A stretch of DNA of 42,576 bases from an uncultured Clostridia bacterium (GCA_944350225.1 CALVOH010000001.1:1-42576); one strand, 5' to 3'. Counted from the first letter of the stretch, positions 25,901-34,439 are shown. Translations and numbers: made by a program. Notes: generated by a model not told the origin, from the letters alone.

Positions 25901-28900
25901 CTATTGGACTCGTAGATTTAATAGTAACGTCATCACCAACCACAGAAAAAGGATATAACGCGTCATCTGGTTTTAAACGGTTTAAAACATCCAAACTGTT
26001 TTGTGCATCAGTTAAATTTCCGGTAACATATTCGCCATTTAAATAATAGCCCACAGCATCAAAATAATAGGCAAAGTAAACTATGTTTTCACAAGTGCAA
26101 TTCGTTTCAGCACAAGCATCACAATGCAGTTGCATAAATCCTGATTCTTCGTTTGGAGTGACAGAGAAACTAGTGGTTTGTTTATTAAAGTTGGCTCTAT
26201 TTGTCACAGTTGGTAAATCGCTGTCATCAACAACTATAAAGTTTCCATAATATTCCAATAGCGAAAGCCTCGAAATCACGATCTCATTCAATCCATCCTC
26301 AGGTTCTACAAGCCCCCTTTCAACATATGAACTTGCTGTGCCGTTTGTCAAATAACCTGACGGTATGCCAGATGTATCTGACAAAGCAGTCCCTAGGAAA
26401 ATTTTATTAAAAAGCAATTGCGTGTCTGATGAAGTCGTGCCTGATGAAGTTTCAAAATTAATAGTAAAATTATTTTCATCTAACTTGCTCGAACTGTAAA
26501 GAACGCCCATCGAAGCCTTTTCGCTTAAAAATTCGCCATTGTCTATCGCTTCAACTGTGATGGATACAATTGAACCACTGTTATATGAAGAAACGATAAG
26601 CCCAATAGTTGTTCCTCTCACAAAAGTGCGAGTCGTAGCAGTAGACAAACTTCCTTCGACCATTTCTCCAACAAGACCTCCGGCATTTTTCGCCCAAATG
26701 TCGCCACCTGCCAAAAGGCTTGTTAGTGTGCCAGAAGATTTACCTGCGACACTTCCAGCTGTGCCTTTTAAATTTGAACTCTTAAATGTGTTTTCATCAA
26801 ATGAAGATAAGTTTGTAACACGAATCAATGAGTAAACTGAATATGCCGAGTAACCATATTTTGAAGAATCTTTCTCTGTTTCACTAATATCACCCGAGTT
26901 TTCCCCATCTGTTCCACTAATATCACCCGAGTTTTCTCCGGCTATTCCACCGACGTAAATTGAATCATTGCTAGAGCTAACATCTAAATAACCATCAAAC
27001 AAAACATTTGGACTGATTATTTTGCCTTTGTTTACACCGACTAGCCCCCCAATGTTGACATTTTGTGATGATGTAACATTTACTTTTGATGTGTAGATAG
27101 TAGCTGACACATTTTTCAATTCAGCCGAACTTTCACCTGCTAGCAAGCCTATATTCACATTGTTTGTGACGGAAGATATGTTAATTTGGCCTTCAAAAGT
27201 TATCCCAGAAATACTTGTCCCCTCGCCTAATATAGCAAAAAGTCCATAGTTTTGAGTGCCATTTTCAATGCTTATTCCAACAATACGGGCATCTTTCTCT
27301 CCAGCAATAGAACCTGTAAAAGCTAAATCCGATCCTTTAACGCCCATACCCTTGCCAAGTGGCAACTGATCTGCTATTGAAGAAACATCAATCGTCGTGC
27401 TTAACTTATAGTGAGATCGCATGGCCTCAGCACTGCTACCAATCGCAAGGATATCTTGCACAGACTGTAATACGTAAGGGTTTTCTTGACTGCCGTTTGC
27501 ATAACTTACTGCAATTCTTAAAATTGAATTTTGATAAGAAGGCAACACTGCCCCTGCATTTATCCATGAATTTGGAATAATTTGCAGTTCCCCAGCAAAT
27601 GTCCCACCGCTCTCGTTTAAAATACCTCTATTAAGGCTAACACTGATAATATAAATACCTTTACTCGTTTCAGTTTTAATTATGTCGCTTTCGTTTATTA
27701 AAGCTTTACCTGAATTTTGAGACACATACTTAATTGTAATGTCAGTGTCGGTCGCAGTGAAAGGATTGAGGTAAACACCAAATTGATAATCCATTTTTTG
27801 TGCAGAAAAGACCATCTTTTCTAAATTTGCACTTATACCCGTAACGTTGTCATAAGAAGAGCCTTTTATTGTAACAGCAAAATGCCTTGTTTCACCGTAC
27901 TGTCTTAATGTTGCATACAAAGTTACTGAAAAAGCCCTATTTAAAGATCTGTTTACAGAAAATGATTTGCTGGCCGTGTCAAAAGTCCCATAATATTCGG
28001 TTGCGCTTTCGCCTATTCTATAAACGTTTGAGCTTGCATTTGGATCATAAATCATTGTGTTGCTTATCTGCCAAGAACCACCAACTTGTTTAAAAATAGA
28101 AGCACCATTTAATGTCCAATAAATGAATTGACTTGAATAATTTTCTGTTTTAAATTGTTCTTCTACAGGATCATAAAATCCGTATGAAAAACTTGGTGAT
28201 ACAACTTCGCTAAAAGAAACGGATTGCAAGTTTTGATCAGTAACCGAGTCACCTACAAACAATTCAACTACGGTCGCATATGAGTCGGTTTGACTGTTTG
28301 CCATATTAAAAGAAGAAACAGGAACGTATGAAACAAGATTAACTAAAGCCGTTTTCTTGAAGTTGTCAATCTTTTTAAACCCTTCAACCGAGACACCAAA
28401 AACTTCAAAATTAATATTGGCTGTGCCAAAACTGTTGACACCTATAGTAAAAGAATTTTGGTCAACATTTCTAGAAATATTGGTCAAATCTGTTGCATAA
28501 TAATCTATTCGAGAAAACGTGTCGACAGTGCTAGAAATCAAACTTAAATAGGCATTGCTTGAATAATTTATAACACCATTTTTGTCAGCTTCATTTTTTA
28601 ATATTAAATTCATGGCTACATCATATTCAGCATTTTCAACGATTTCATATGATTGCACGCCTACGCTTTGTGATGTGTTTAATACTAATGAAAGGTCATC
28701 AAAGGTGTCAATAACCCTGAAAGTTATTCTTTTAGTCACACCATTATCCAACGCAACTGAATAAGTGGCATCGCCTACCATTCGTGGCGTAAGATTAAAA
28801 ATTAAAGGATATTTGCCATTTGTTTGTTCGCCCATTCCAGCATAACTAACACTTAAAGCACCGACATCTCCCTCAATAAAAGTCAAATTTGCATTTGAAA

Positions 28901-30572
28901 ATGGCTGGTCGGCTAGTAGGCCAGAAAATTGTTGCGTCCCACCTTTTAATGATAAAAACACCCCTGTGTTCGCACTGTTTTGCTGATAATTAAAACTTTC
29001 GTCAGTAAAAGACAACTTTTTTGGTCCTTGTTTTACTTCATAAATTACGCTATATTCAAGAGTATTTGCTTCAATATAATCACTTACGACGACAAATTGT
29101 ACTTCACCTTTGCTAATATCACCGTTTATCACCCCTCGCAAGGTTATTGGCTCAACAATGTCTTCTTTTTGTATTATTGCTCCATTAGTAAGTGAATCAC
29201 CCTTATGTAAAAGCTGAACTTCACTAGAATCGAAAATTACTTTAACTCCTTGATAGTCAGAATTTGGCTCATAAACTTTAACATCAAGTTGCACACCACC
29301 AGTAGTTCCATAATAATAATTGTAAAGCTGGTATGTTGGCTTTTCTGCATCATTTGTGATACCATTTACGGTTATGTTCATAGGGGCAACATTTAAATCC
29401 ACAACAATGTTTTTTGTTTGACAAACAGAAGACTCCCCTTCGTCAAAACTTTTCCCATCAACGTAATAATAGATTTTGATTTTTAAATTTGTTTCTTGCG
29501 ATATAGTGGTTGAACTAGTCAATGTTAGGTCAAAGTTTATCATCTGGTTTTCAAAACTTTCATTTGATTTTTCGACTGACAAAACAGAAGAATCGTCAAC
29601 CGAGTATTCAAATCTTACATAGGAATTCTCTAGACTGTCAGCTATTGTTGGATTGATTGCACTATACGGTATTTTCACATTTAGTTTTGCAGTCCTGTCG
29701 TCTTCATTTCTGCTGTTTACAATCAGTGTAACTTCGTCGCCTTCAGCTCCTTCAACTATATCAGCTCCTTCAACTATAATAGAATTTTCCTCAAATCCTT
29801 GCAAAGCACAAAAAGAAAAAGGTACGACTATGGTTCGTTCTTCTCTATTCCCGTCAACATATTCATAATAATTATACCTTGCAAAGGCAGAAAAACTTTG
29901 ACCATCAAAAGCCAAATTTGTAGCCTCTATTTCGGTGTTTTCATCACCGTTTTCATAGTAAAAATGCAAAACATTGTTTTCGTCTAATGTAACTTTTGCG
30001 AAACGATTGTTGTCTCCTACATTTTCAACTTTATCGGCAAAATGAAAAGTTAAATCCTTTTCGGTGGAATTATCATCGAAATTAAACATATTGCTACTAG
30101 GTTCAAACGCTTGATTTTTACTTACATATAAGGCTACATCATTTTTTAAAGTTATTGAAGAAGAGTATTGCAAAACCTCTATGTCAACTTTGCATGTCTT
30201 GGACCCCTCTTTTGTCATAGCTATCAATGTCGTCGAACCACCGCTCAGACCTGTAAGTTGAACTGTGGTAACTGCATCTTGTTGGGAAACAACTTTTAAA
30301 GAAACATGTTCACTGTTACTTGTTGATGAGGCAGAATCAACAAGTGAAAAACTGATGCCATTGTCAATTCCGTCTTTATAATTGCCAATAGTAAATTGTA
30401 AATTTTTAGTTTCACCTTTATAAAGAGAAATCGACGTATAGTTTGCACTAAGCGAGAGGTTTTCTACATCTGAGCCACCGCATCCAGCAAAAAAGAGGCT
30501 TGAGAGCAAAAACATAACTCCCAAGCATAGCACAGCCATTATCTTTTTTAGATTCCTTTTTAAACTGCTCAT
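19953..30572 (-). CDS. Giant surface lipoprotein (3,539 aa) with an N-terminal lipobox, Ig-like (Big_2-type) domains and three GLUG/beta-helix modules
   Basis: An uninterrupted 10.6-kb ORF. The signal peptide plus lipobox is LFFAGC (Cys31). A Big_2-like segment spans about aa 36-135 (...TTLIAMTKEGSKTCKVDIEV). At least 17 G-G-[ILV]-[IVA]-G GLUG-like motifs are present (GGLVGVNKG, VGGIAGENSG, FGGIVGQNSG, VGGVIGYVSD, VGGIIGVVNGG, LGGMVGKVG...). AAGGGAG Shine-Dalgarno. The stop is TAG followed immediately by TAA. Confidence 0.85.
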   Translation of the reverse strand: MSSLKRNLKKIMAVLCLGVMFLLSSLFFAGCGGSDVENLSLSANYTSISLYKGETKNLQFTIGNYKDGIDNGISFSLVDSASSTSNSEHVSLKVVSQQDAVTTVQLTGLSGGSTTLIAMTKEGSKTCKVDIEVLQYSSSITLKNDVALYVSKNQAFEPSSNMFNFDDNSTEKDLTFHFADKVENVGDNNRFAKVTLDENNVLHFYYENGDENTEIEATNLAFDGQSFSAFARYNYYEYVDGNREERTIVVPFSFCALQGFEENSIIVEGADIVEGAEGDEVTLIVNSRNEDDRTAKLNVKIPYSAINPTIADSLENSYVRFEYSVDDSSVLSVEKSNESFENQMINFDLTLTSSTTISQETNLKIKIYYYVDGKSFDEGESSVCQTKNIVVDLNVAPMNITVNGITNDAEKPTYQLYNYYYGTTGGVQLDVKVYEPNSDYQGVKVIFDSSEVQLLHKGDSLTNGAIIQKEDIVEPITLRGVINGDISKGEVQFVVVSDYIEANTLEYSVIYEVKQGPKKLSFTDESFNYQQNSANTGVFLSLKGGTQQFSGLLADQPFSNANLTFIEGDVGALSVSYAGMGEQTNGKYPLIFNLTPRMVGDATYSVALDNGVTKRITFRVIDTFDDLSLVLNTSQSVGVQSYEIVENAEYDVAMNLILKNEADKNGVINYSSNAYLSLISSTVDTFSRIDYYATDLTNISRNVDQNSFTIGVNSFGTANINFEVFGVSVEGFKKIDNFKKTALVNLVSYVPVSSFNMANSQTDSYATVVELFVGDSVTDQNLQSVSFSEVVSPSFSYGFYDPVEEQFKTENYSSQFIYWTLNGASIFKQVGGSWQISNTMIYDPNASSNVYRIGESATEYYGTFDTASKSFSVNRSLNRAFSVTLYATLRQYGETRHFAVTIKGSSYDNVTGISANLEKMVFSAQKMDYQFGVYLNPFTATDTDITIKYVSQNSGKALINESDIIKTETSKGIYIISVSLNRGILNESGGTFAGELQIIPNSWINAGAVLPSYQNSILRIAVSYANGSQENPYVLQSVQDILAIGSSAEAMRSHYKLSTTIDVSSIADQLPLGKGMGVKGSDLAFTGSIAGEKDARIVGISIENGTQNYGLFAILGEGTSISGITFEGQINISSVTNNVNIGLLAGESSAELKNVSATIYTSKVNVTSSQNVNIGGLVGVNKGKIISPNVLFDGYLDVSSSNDSIYVGGIAGENSGDISGTDGENSGDISETEKDSSKYGYSAYSVYSLIRVTNLSSFDENTFKSSNLKGTAGSVAGKSSGTLTSLLAGGDIWAKNAGGLVGEMVEGSLSTATTRTFVRGTTIGLIVSSYNSGSIVSITVEAIDNGEFLSEKASMGVLYSSSKLDENNFTINFETSSGTTSSDTQLLFNKIFLGTALSDTSGIPSGYLTNGTASSYVERGLVEPEDGLNEIVISRLSLLEYYGNFIVVDDSDLPTVTNRANFNKQTTSFSVTPNEESGFMQLHCDACAETNCTCENIVYFAYYFDAVGYYLNGEYVTGNLTDAQNSLDVLNRLKPDDALYPFSVVGDDVTIKSTSPIVEISPSNEIYIKGTGLAQIEVYSLRNENKKQTIYLYIINYFNYYAYKENIEAGIFKLNGISLGGDATLNVYTQKGLNIDVEPVYSLTRETFGEGKVLAYGLSDSSSFSISTTGQVLLNNQLIQLATMNDFEIGLNGSSLTYGNYELTSQGIRFTKKPGVTLDDSASDSFGLSASISTSLNQKNYSLLIMSLDEITLNYKEGAKAIYSNLDSYTISSSHSIKDEVEIDSDEENDELVIKIYDSQNVPILIESTESVTDGSTETLLSKVNTDGATEFLPSNPLSDLFDVKATNNETNSLKFNVEIRVDTNSTAFKNRFTNNIYGTYTIKYYAVSNGEEVAKEVKLTLVKNSVDVIVASNYPEMSDLSQESDKVVPGTYGLLSVSISPVDADFDSILIQNASKNSLEGSATADFSAGTLSIDDGQIVFEPITYVVVDGGIKIRQSDLANETFNGQIYVRYIFSNKSVIDGTSVGIVVTAEQDGGNYYKQFDYTLLRKDAVSIEIDGYPYKDQVARGVEYKLDVKNEGYDASTLNVLSSDPSIATIELRDDGYYLVVTNDEITDYDENGGKDFTLTVSASKLDEFGQTSETSATLQLTMLEYVINRLPNSEDEDLIEGMNGGVVTSAVGERTELSFNFDEMLEYNPSNQSVLNKLSVFIESLKANGIWTYYTDLNANNNEGVQIYPTPLQKDRSTKSRVTTTDSISTRYLSTSGFSFTTNVAHDPINRHYFFSYSGQYKVQFGQYVWTERVSDGDPKGYKVIDVEIDVYSFLRGSEESPNPITTYEEFLNMTAGGHYILLNDINVPSDAFVPLNTEIATFDGNNHYFIFDSSVYQLGSVDAGGLFGTIGPNTFIKNVKIRIGSETVNSVTFNSSATSSASIGVVAGVNNGAIYNAQVEMASGAKLFVTFDSDPSTSGFYFGGIVGQNSGYLTNSLSKVNVQSVITIGGVVGQNSNIIASTAFKEGTLVSTSIYLDVFSTSGFVGENTLNGKILTSFTSGYVSNSRPYSLQTENGKTSMISSSVSASSFVFNNEGEIADCYSNLPIQSGGMSAGFAFYNSGTISRSFSTSYIIRDSSANDYIFASDIVAGKFVDCYYIRGEEINNSLLIPTIEGVSQLEYNSGSGDNAINEFSNLAEKFSSYGYTTTPSYNSVWFYSSGRTSNLFNGSEFAGGRLELVSANIQSVGQRVNTGMTTNSDGVITYHYETASSSPADGSVFNPYVIHSPETMESYMSNPNNILTGYYRIACDIDYSSMPGDYFKLYNKSVKGSIDGNGMTVSGIRITSNDVLSSAGLFSEISGTSVNFASVSNLVIIPEVANFANANSVGCLAGTVRNANVFNITVKGTKSGDAGEDTTDEIVTVSGKNVVGGVIGYVSDNFSIKNIDAFVGAFASYVTEKSDTNDILSSSIDKVSFGGGIFGYVGGIGTISNVSTNRGAVNVFADKAGLAFGGIGSQASVDNVSLTINSAMKIKAHSYGGIVCGELKGSLSNAYVYGIDENFEIFDLKPYIATAVGGIVGLASDRAKLDSIYMGQSFSIQNQTSASVSVNTVSYVGGIIGVVNGGTISVSKVIVDASITARNILGGIIGQINYVEGGTSVELSEIAVKEGVLRVEGQNSSPVLGGMVGKVGVNENGSSLPKLSMANSYVWADLELEVYTYSIPITANVGAIVGGTQKAQISLDSIYSTTLYDISMRDLSQSGSERQVVRKSTVGQGGILEYTPNSYIYAGEEQTSTENSIGGFTYANSFTTDLGLINEKNVFNSAIWNFDDSGTESQYNKYDYLTQGFTTITMLKGNTQFVINQNELGKSLYDYNATNLSETESYLDRLNLEAYYGMFMTLSADVLNNYNIISKDILSRYGNNLSGLCSLVGVESEGKNINTNISFNDLEEGYYEFVGYTDNGTTITLNFEKSELSDLCDLLGVESEGKTINTNIPLNDLEEGYYKFVGYTDDNTTRTRTLNFEKCDNIIWTASSTAFSTLAFEENMKI
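20037..20342 (-). repeat. Two tandem copies of a 153-nt (51-aa) unit at the C-terminus of the giant protein
   Basis: The copies read L(C)SLVGVESEGKNINTNISFNDLEEGYYEFVGYTDNGTTITLNFEK and LCDLLGVESEGKTINTNIPLNDLEEGYYKFVGYTDDNTTRTRTLNFEK. The DNA word tctgtatatccaacaaac occurs at 20068 and 20221. Confidence 0.85.
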
Positions 30573-30581
30573 TTTCTCCCT

Positions 30582-33308
30582 TTATTCGTTTGAACCTTGG
30601 AAAATCGATTTTATATAGTCCGTAGCAACAACTTGTATCATAGTTCTGCTGGTCGGTCCCGTGATTAAGAAAGCTTGACCGAGCGTAGCTGTAACAATTG
30701 CATTTTGTTCTTCTTCGTTTATTCCACCAGATTTTTTGTAAAGATCCACAAGGTCATTTATATCATTTGGTGCCAACGAGAATATCAATGAATATTGGCA
30801 AGCATTGATGACCGCAGTTGATTGTCTTCTTATCTCCTCTGTTCCCACGAAGTCTGCAAGATTTTGCGTAATAATTATCTGCATCCCCCAATATTTTCTA
30901 ATACGTTTTGCCATTTGCGCCATAAAATCAAGTGCGATAGGAAAATTTGGATTGATGAATAAGTGAGCCTCATCAACTGCAACAACGATTTTTCTGTTGT
31001 TTGCTTTGTCTCCTTTGTGATACTTTGCATTAAAGTCTTTGTTGTTTATTATTTCGTTGTTAAGATATCTAAACACCAAAAGCATCTGCGCATTGGTAAG
31101 TATCGGGTTATTGTTTGCAAAAAGTGATTGAAAATTAAAACATACGAAGTTTTCATTTGTTTCGATAGATGTTGGTCCATTCCACAATTTAGAATTTCGC
31201 CCACCAGATGCAAATTTTTTGATATATGCTTCTATTGTCATTAAATTTCTGAGAGTAAAATCATCTTTTGCTGTCTTTATCCTTTTTAAAACAAGATTGT
31301 AAAGATCATCAAAGATTGGATAATCCTCGGGCTTTTTGTCCCCCAAATATGTGTTTTCGTCAATACCTTTTAACTTGTAAGTGTCAACGATAAGAGAGTT
31401 TAAAAGTTCGAAGGCATCAGAACTAATACCTTGCAAAATATTTCTAAAAAAACTTTCCAAAAACTGCAAATGTTGTGAATAAGAATCGTTGACACTGACC
31501 TCTTTCTTTTTCTTGCGTTTTGGTTTGAATGTTGTTGTATCATATTCTGCTGTATCTTCTTCCTCAGCGAGTTCGTCCTCAGCTTCATCGAGAGAAGCGA
31601 TTATGTGAAACGGGTTTATTATTCCATACAATGACGAACCAACGTCAATGTATTTTCCACCTAAAGATTCGGTCAAATAAGCGTATTCTTTTTCTGGGTC
31701 GATAATAAATATTTTGCAGTTGTCGGCTGCCAAGTTTGCAAGTAAGGTTTTTGCCGCATATGACTTACCAGAACCAGATTTACCAATCACCATCATATTT
31801 GAATTGACACGTACGCTGTCTCGCGTAAAAAAATCTATAAAAACAGGATACTCGTTGTCTCCAAGATAAATGCCCTTTTCATCTTGCATGGCACTAGATA
31901 TAAATGGGAAAACAGCGGCAAGTGTTGAGGTAGGTATGCCTCTCTTATACCCTTTGATATTGTCACGTTGAGATATGTTACTGCTAATAAATGCGTCTTG
32001 CTGACGAGCAAACATTTCACTAAACTTAAATCCGCTTTGTTTGAGCATAGCTTTAACATCACGTTTTGCCGCATCTTCACAGGTGATAAACGTGTTTACA
32101 TCATATAGTTGCTGATTGTTGTTTTTTAAATTTACAAGCAAATCTTTTAATGTTTCTACGTGTGTTTGAAGTTCGATTTGACTAGAAGAACGGCCTGTTC
32201 TATATAGCTTACTTTCCATATCCATAATCGCTTTGTCGATCGATCTTTCCGAAGCAGATTTCGGCACTTGTGCGAATTTCATAACGACTTTCGTTCGATC
32301 TAATAAAAATATATTTGATCCCCACGCATTCCCAACGTTAAGCGGATAGTCGGTTATAGCATATGTCCTGTAAGCATTGCCATCTATGAGATATTTTGCA
32401 GCTTTAAATTTTATTTCTTTTGGCCTTGCCCAATTAGCATACTGCGAAAGTGGAATGCTTTCAAGTTCGCGCTGGTCAAACTCACGCCCATAGTTTGCTC
32501 TTAAAAATATTGTAAGATCTTGTCCATACAATCTTTTCGCGCTCATTGGTGCCAAAGAGGATGCGAGCGAATTGATCATACCATTGACAGTGTTTTCCAA
32601 AAGCTCCAAGTCTTTGTCATAAACAACAACATAAAAATGATCTTTGTAAACCTTGTCTTTACGGTTAAGGTTTTCCATAAAAGAAACTCTTTCCTCAAAG
32701 ATAGGCGAACGCACATCGACTTCTTTTTCCGAAACTTGACCTTCATATTGCATCTCGAGTAATAACTCATATTTTTTATTTTCGGCATATATGTAATTGT
32801 CAAGAATCATGGCTAAATTTAATTTTATAATCGAGCAAGTTTGGTCTGGTGTCAACCTTCTAAGTGCATTGGCAAAGCTTTCAATCACATTGTCTTGTGT
32901 GTATTCTGTAAGCAATCCAAATAAGACTGGTTTTATTTCTATAACTTGTCCATAATAAGATCCAAAATTAATAAATCTGTCTTGATAGATGTCTTCAAAA
33001 GGAATTATCTCCTTAATATCCCCCTTTTTGCCATTTGCCGTGTCAACGGAAAACTTCTTTTTCTGCGCCATAAATCTAAATAAATGAGCACATGTGACAT
33101 AGAGCCTTTCGTCATCGGCGATTTTTATAAATGTTGCTATGTAAAATATTGTGAAAACTGCTGCAATCCAATAATGCCCCACAAAATTTGAAGCAAACAA
33201 TATGATAGCTATTGCTCCACCTATAACCATCAATATTAAATCTAGTCCGGTTACACCACGAACAAATTCTAATTTTACTTTTGTTTTTCTCGGAATAATT
33301 CTTTGCAT
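30582..33308 (-). CDS. VirB4/TrsE/ConE-family type IV secretion ATPase with an N-terminal VirB3/PrgI-like two-helix membrane segment
   Basis: The N-terminus has two TM helices (LILMVIGGAIAIILFASNF, HYWIAAVFTIFYIATFI). The Walker A region is MVIGKSGSGKSYAAKTLL..FIIDPEKEY, Walker B is IVVAVDEAHLF, and RKYWGMQIIITQNLADF is VirB4-typical. TAAGGAG Shine-Dalgarno. The TAA stop lies 9 nt before the giant-gene ATG. Confidence 0.8.
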   Translation of the reverse strand: MQRIIPRKTKVKLEFVRGVTGLDLILMVIGGAIAIILFASNFVGHYWIAAVFTIFYIATFIKIADDERLYVTCAHLFRFMAQKKKFSVDTANGKKGDIKEIIPFEDIYQDRFINFGSYYGQVIEIKPVLFGLLTEYTQDNVIESFANALRRLTPDQTCSIIKLNLAMILDNYIYAENKKYELLLEMQYEGQVSEKEVDVRSPIFEERVSFMENLNRKDKVYKDHFYVVVYDKDLELLENTVNGMINSLASSLAPMSAKRLYGQDLTIFLRANYGREFDQRELESIPLSQYANWARPKEIKFKAAKYLIDGNAYRTYAITDYPLNVGNAWGSNIFLLDRTKVVMKFAQVPKSASERSIDKAIMDMESKLYRTGRSSSQIELQTHVETLKDLLVNLKNNNQQLYDVNTFITCEDAAKRDVKAMLKQSGFKFSEMFARQQDAFISSNISQRDNIKGYKRGIPTSTLAAVFPFISSAMQDEKGIYLGDNEYPVFIDFFTRDSVRVNSNMMVIGKSGSGKSYAAKTLLANLAADNCKIFIIDPEKEYAYLTESLGGKYIDVGSSLYGIINPFHIIASLDEAEDELAEEEDTAEYDTTTFKPKRKKKKEVSVNDSYSQHLQFLESFFRNILQGISSDAFELLNSLIVDTYKLKGIDENTYLGDKKPEDYPIFDDLYNLVLKRIKTAKDDFTLRNLMTIEAYIKKFASGGRNSKLWNGPTSIETNENFVCFNFQSLFANNNPILTNAQMLLVFRYLNNEIINNKDFNAKYHKGDKANNRKIVVAVDEAHLFINPNFPIALDFMAQMAKRIRKYWGMQIIITQNLADFVGTEEIRRQSTAVINACQYSLIFSLAPNDINDLVDLYKKSGGINEEEQNAIVTATLGQAFLITGPTSRTMIQVVATDYIKSIFQGSNE

Positions 33309-33646
33309 AAAAAATTCTCCTTATAGAGATATGTTACTACAAAAACCCCGAAAAATACAAACGATTTGACAACAAATTTTAATTTATAAAATAAATAATT
33401 TTATAAAAAAATAGTGCAACATAAAATAGTTAAAAAAACAAAATAAAAATATTTATAAAAATTAGTCTTACACCCAATTAAAATAAGCAATAAAATCAAA
33501 CATTTGTTCGCTTTTTAATTTTCAAATTTTACTTTTACGTATGGACAATATTCAATAAGTTTTTAATATTTTTTTATAAATTTAATCATTTTTTTGTTAA
33601 TTTTATAAAAAAACTAATTATTTGTTTAATTTTTTGAAAAATTATT

Positions 33647-34312
33647 TTATTTGCAATTATAAAAAAGCAAATTCAATTTATTATGTTTTTTTGCTTCGTT
33701 AACCTTCTTTTGAGTAATAACTTCATATTTTTTTATTATCAATTCATTGTTAAATCCAAATATATCTCTCATCGCAACTTTACCAATAAGCGACTTGCCT
33801 GTCAGTTCAATGCGGTATGGCACAATCTGTGATTGCTCATCGGTTATTTTGACTTTTTGTTCCGGCAAAAAAATAGTATCATCAAAATTAAATGGTTTTG
33901 TCTTTTGCTTTTTACCAAACAATACAATGGCAGATTCACCATTTACTGAAATGTTTTTTGGCAAAAAACAAATTTTATTTGTTGCTATGCCTATCACCCT
34001 GTTGTTATTTAGATAGACTTCTTTAACTTTTCCTAAAAAGTTTGCCAATTTATCGAAAACCATTTTGCCAATTGGAGAGGAAAAACCATAACCATCCACA
34101 AATAAAGGGTCCGTTTTAAGAAAAATCGCTTCTTCTCCATGAACAACTTCACTAGCATCGACCTTCATCTGAACCTCAGTTTCTTCATCTACGATAACTA
34201 ATGAAACCAATTTTGAGCAATCTACAGAAAATTCTGTCGCTAGCACATACCCGAGTTTTTGACCATTCGTTTTATACACAGATTTAGAAATTATATTTGA
34301 TAATTTTTTCAT
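33647..34312 (-). CDS. PRC-barrel-like (YlmC/YmxH-like) two-domain protein
   Basis: The pattern NGQKLGYVLATEFSVDCSKLVSLVIVDEE resembles PRC-barrel/YlmC motifs, and a second similar half follows (LIGKVAMRDIFGFNNELII). The family assignment is tentative. Confidence 0.4.
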   Translation of the reverse strand: MKKLSNIISKSVYKTNGQKLGYVLATEFSVDCSKLVSLVIVDEETEVQMKVDASEVVHGEEAIFLKTDPLFVDGYGFSSPIGKMVFDKLANFLGKVKEVYLNNNRVIGIATNKICFLPKNISVNGESAIVLFGKKQKTKPFNFDDTIFLPEQKVKITDEQSQIVPYRIELTGKSLIGKVAMRDIFGFNNELIIKKYEVITQKKVNEAKKHNKLNLLFYNCK

Positions 34313-34439
34313 ACTCTAAAATATTTACGAAAGAAAATTAATATGTTTTTTTCAAAAAAATAGTCAAAATACAACAAAAAAACATCTTTTTTATTAAAAA
34401 ATATTATTTTTTTTATTTATTAAAATGTATTTTGTTTTG

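Noticed and set aside
30582-33308. Integrative conjugative element or plasmid remnant, inferred from the VirB4-like ATPase
   Set aside because: No relaxase, coupling protein, VirB6-like, hydrolase, integrase, replication genes or flanking repeats are visible in the surrounding 40 kb. The gene is operonic with a chromosomal giant lipoprotein gene next to rpoBC. A degenerate ICE origin in the distant past cannot be excluded.
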